Source: Octopus sinensis (taxonomy: Eukaryota). From it: a stretch of DNA of 64,000 nt. The stretch spans positions 22,134,001 to 22,198,000 of the forward strand of contig NC_043010.1 in the NCBI RefSeq assembly GCF_006345805.1, written 5' to 3'. This document shows positions 63,591 through 64,000 of the stretch, piece after piece; the stretch's first letter is position 1, and every line of letters starts with the position of its first letter. The notes under the pieces were generated by a model. That model did no database searches. It had not been told where the DNA came from and worked only from the letters and a program-made list of their open reading frames with translations. The position numbers were made by a program, and so were the translations under genes.

Positions 63591-64000
63591 GTTATCTTGC
63601 GTTTTATTGCGTTCATGTTTTCATTTCTTTATCGTGCGTCATAAATTTCTTCTTCAACATACTTTGGAAAATAAAATCGTCCAACAAAATGTTTTGTGAG
63701 ACGACCAATCTAAATTAACCATGTGTTGCTACAATATTATATGTATTAAAAAAAAAAATTTTTCTTGAATTAGCATTGTTTAATGAATCTGATCAATTTT
63801 GTCTTCCGGTTGGCTGCTAGAGAGAGGTTAAGACAATTATCGTAGAAACAGCTCTTATTGAAACACAAACACGCGTTGATGGCCATCCTCTTACCTCCAG
63901 ACAATAAGCCTGTCCGGTTCCTTAATGGTATGTCAACTTTGACTCTTGTAATTTCCTCCCCTTCTCATACAAAGCTGCTCACCATTACGATTTGGTAATA

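Noticed and set aside
63770-63966. Start-less 64-codon minus-strand frame (EGEEITRVKVDIPLRNRTGLLSG|GKRMAINACLCFNKSCFYDNC...)
   Set aside because: A donor-like GAG|GTAAGA is present but no acceptor or homology is evident, and it lies at the window edge.

Overview
AT-rich eukaryotic DNA saturated with microsatellites (TA, TG, ATT, ATC, TAGA, GAA). The SINE families and microsatellite load are what I associate with a coleoid cephalopod, most likely Octopus (inference, not verified). I can support no complete host gene; most ORFs in the track are microsatellite artefacts or transposon fragments. Main contents: (i) a 12-kb same-orientation pile-up of about eight RLE-type (R4/Dong-like) LINE fragments in (TAA)n repeats at 2.8-15.1 kb; (ii) RTE/BovB-like, two CR1-like and one L1/Tx1-like LINE fragments, a Penelope GIY-YIG fragment, a Helitron-type element, several MITEs and many copies of three tRNA-headed SINE families; (iii) the most interesting layer, a set of non-coding repeats carrying hammerhead-ribozyme (HHR) folds, from four to five families. 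These include a head-to-tail array of ~465-478-bp units with one type I HHR per junction (52.8-54.0 kb, retrozyme-like), a 560-bp terminally redundant HHR monomer whose diverged paralog shows compensatory base changes (54.6-55.3 kb vs 27.8-29.4 kb), and a 350-bp fold-back placing an HHR on each strand (29.5-30.3 kb). All folds were paired by eye and none has been tested for cleavage.
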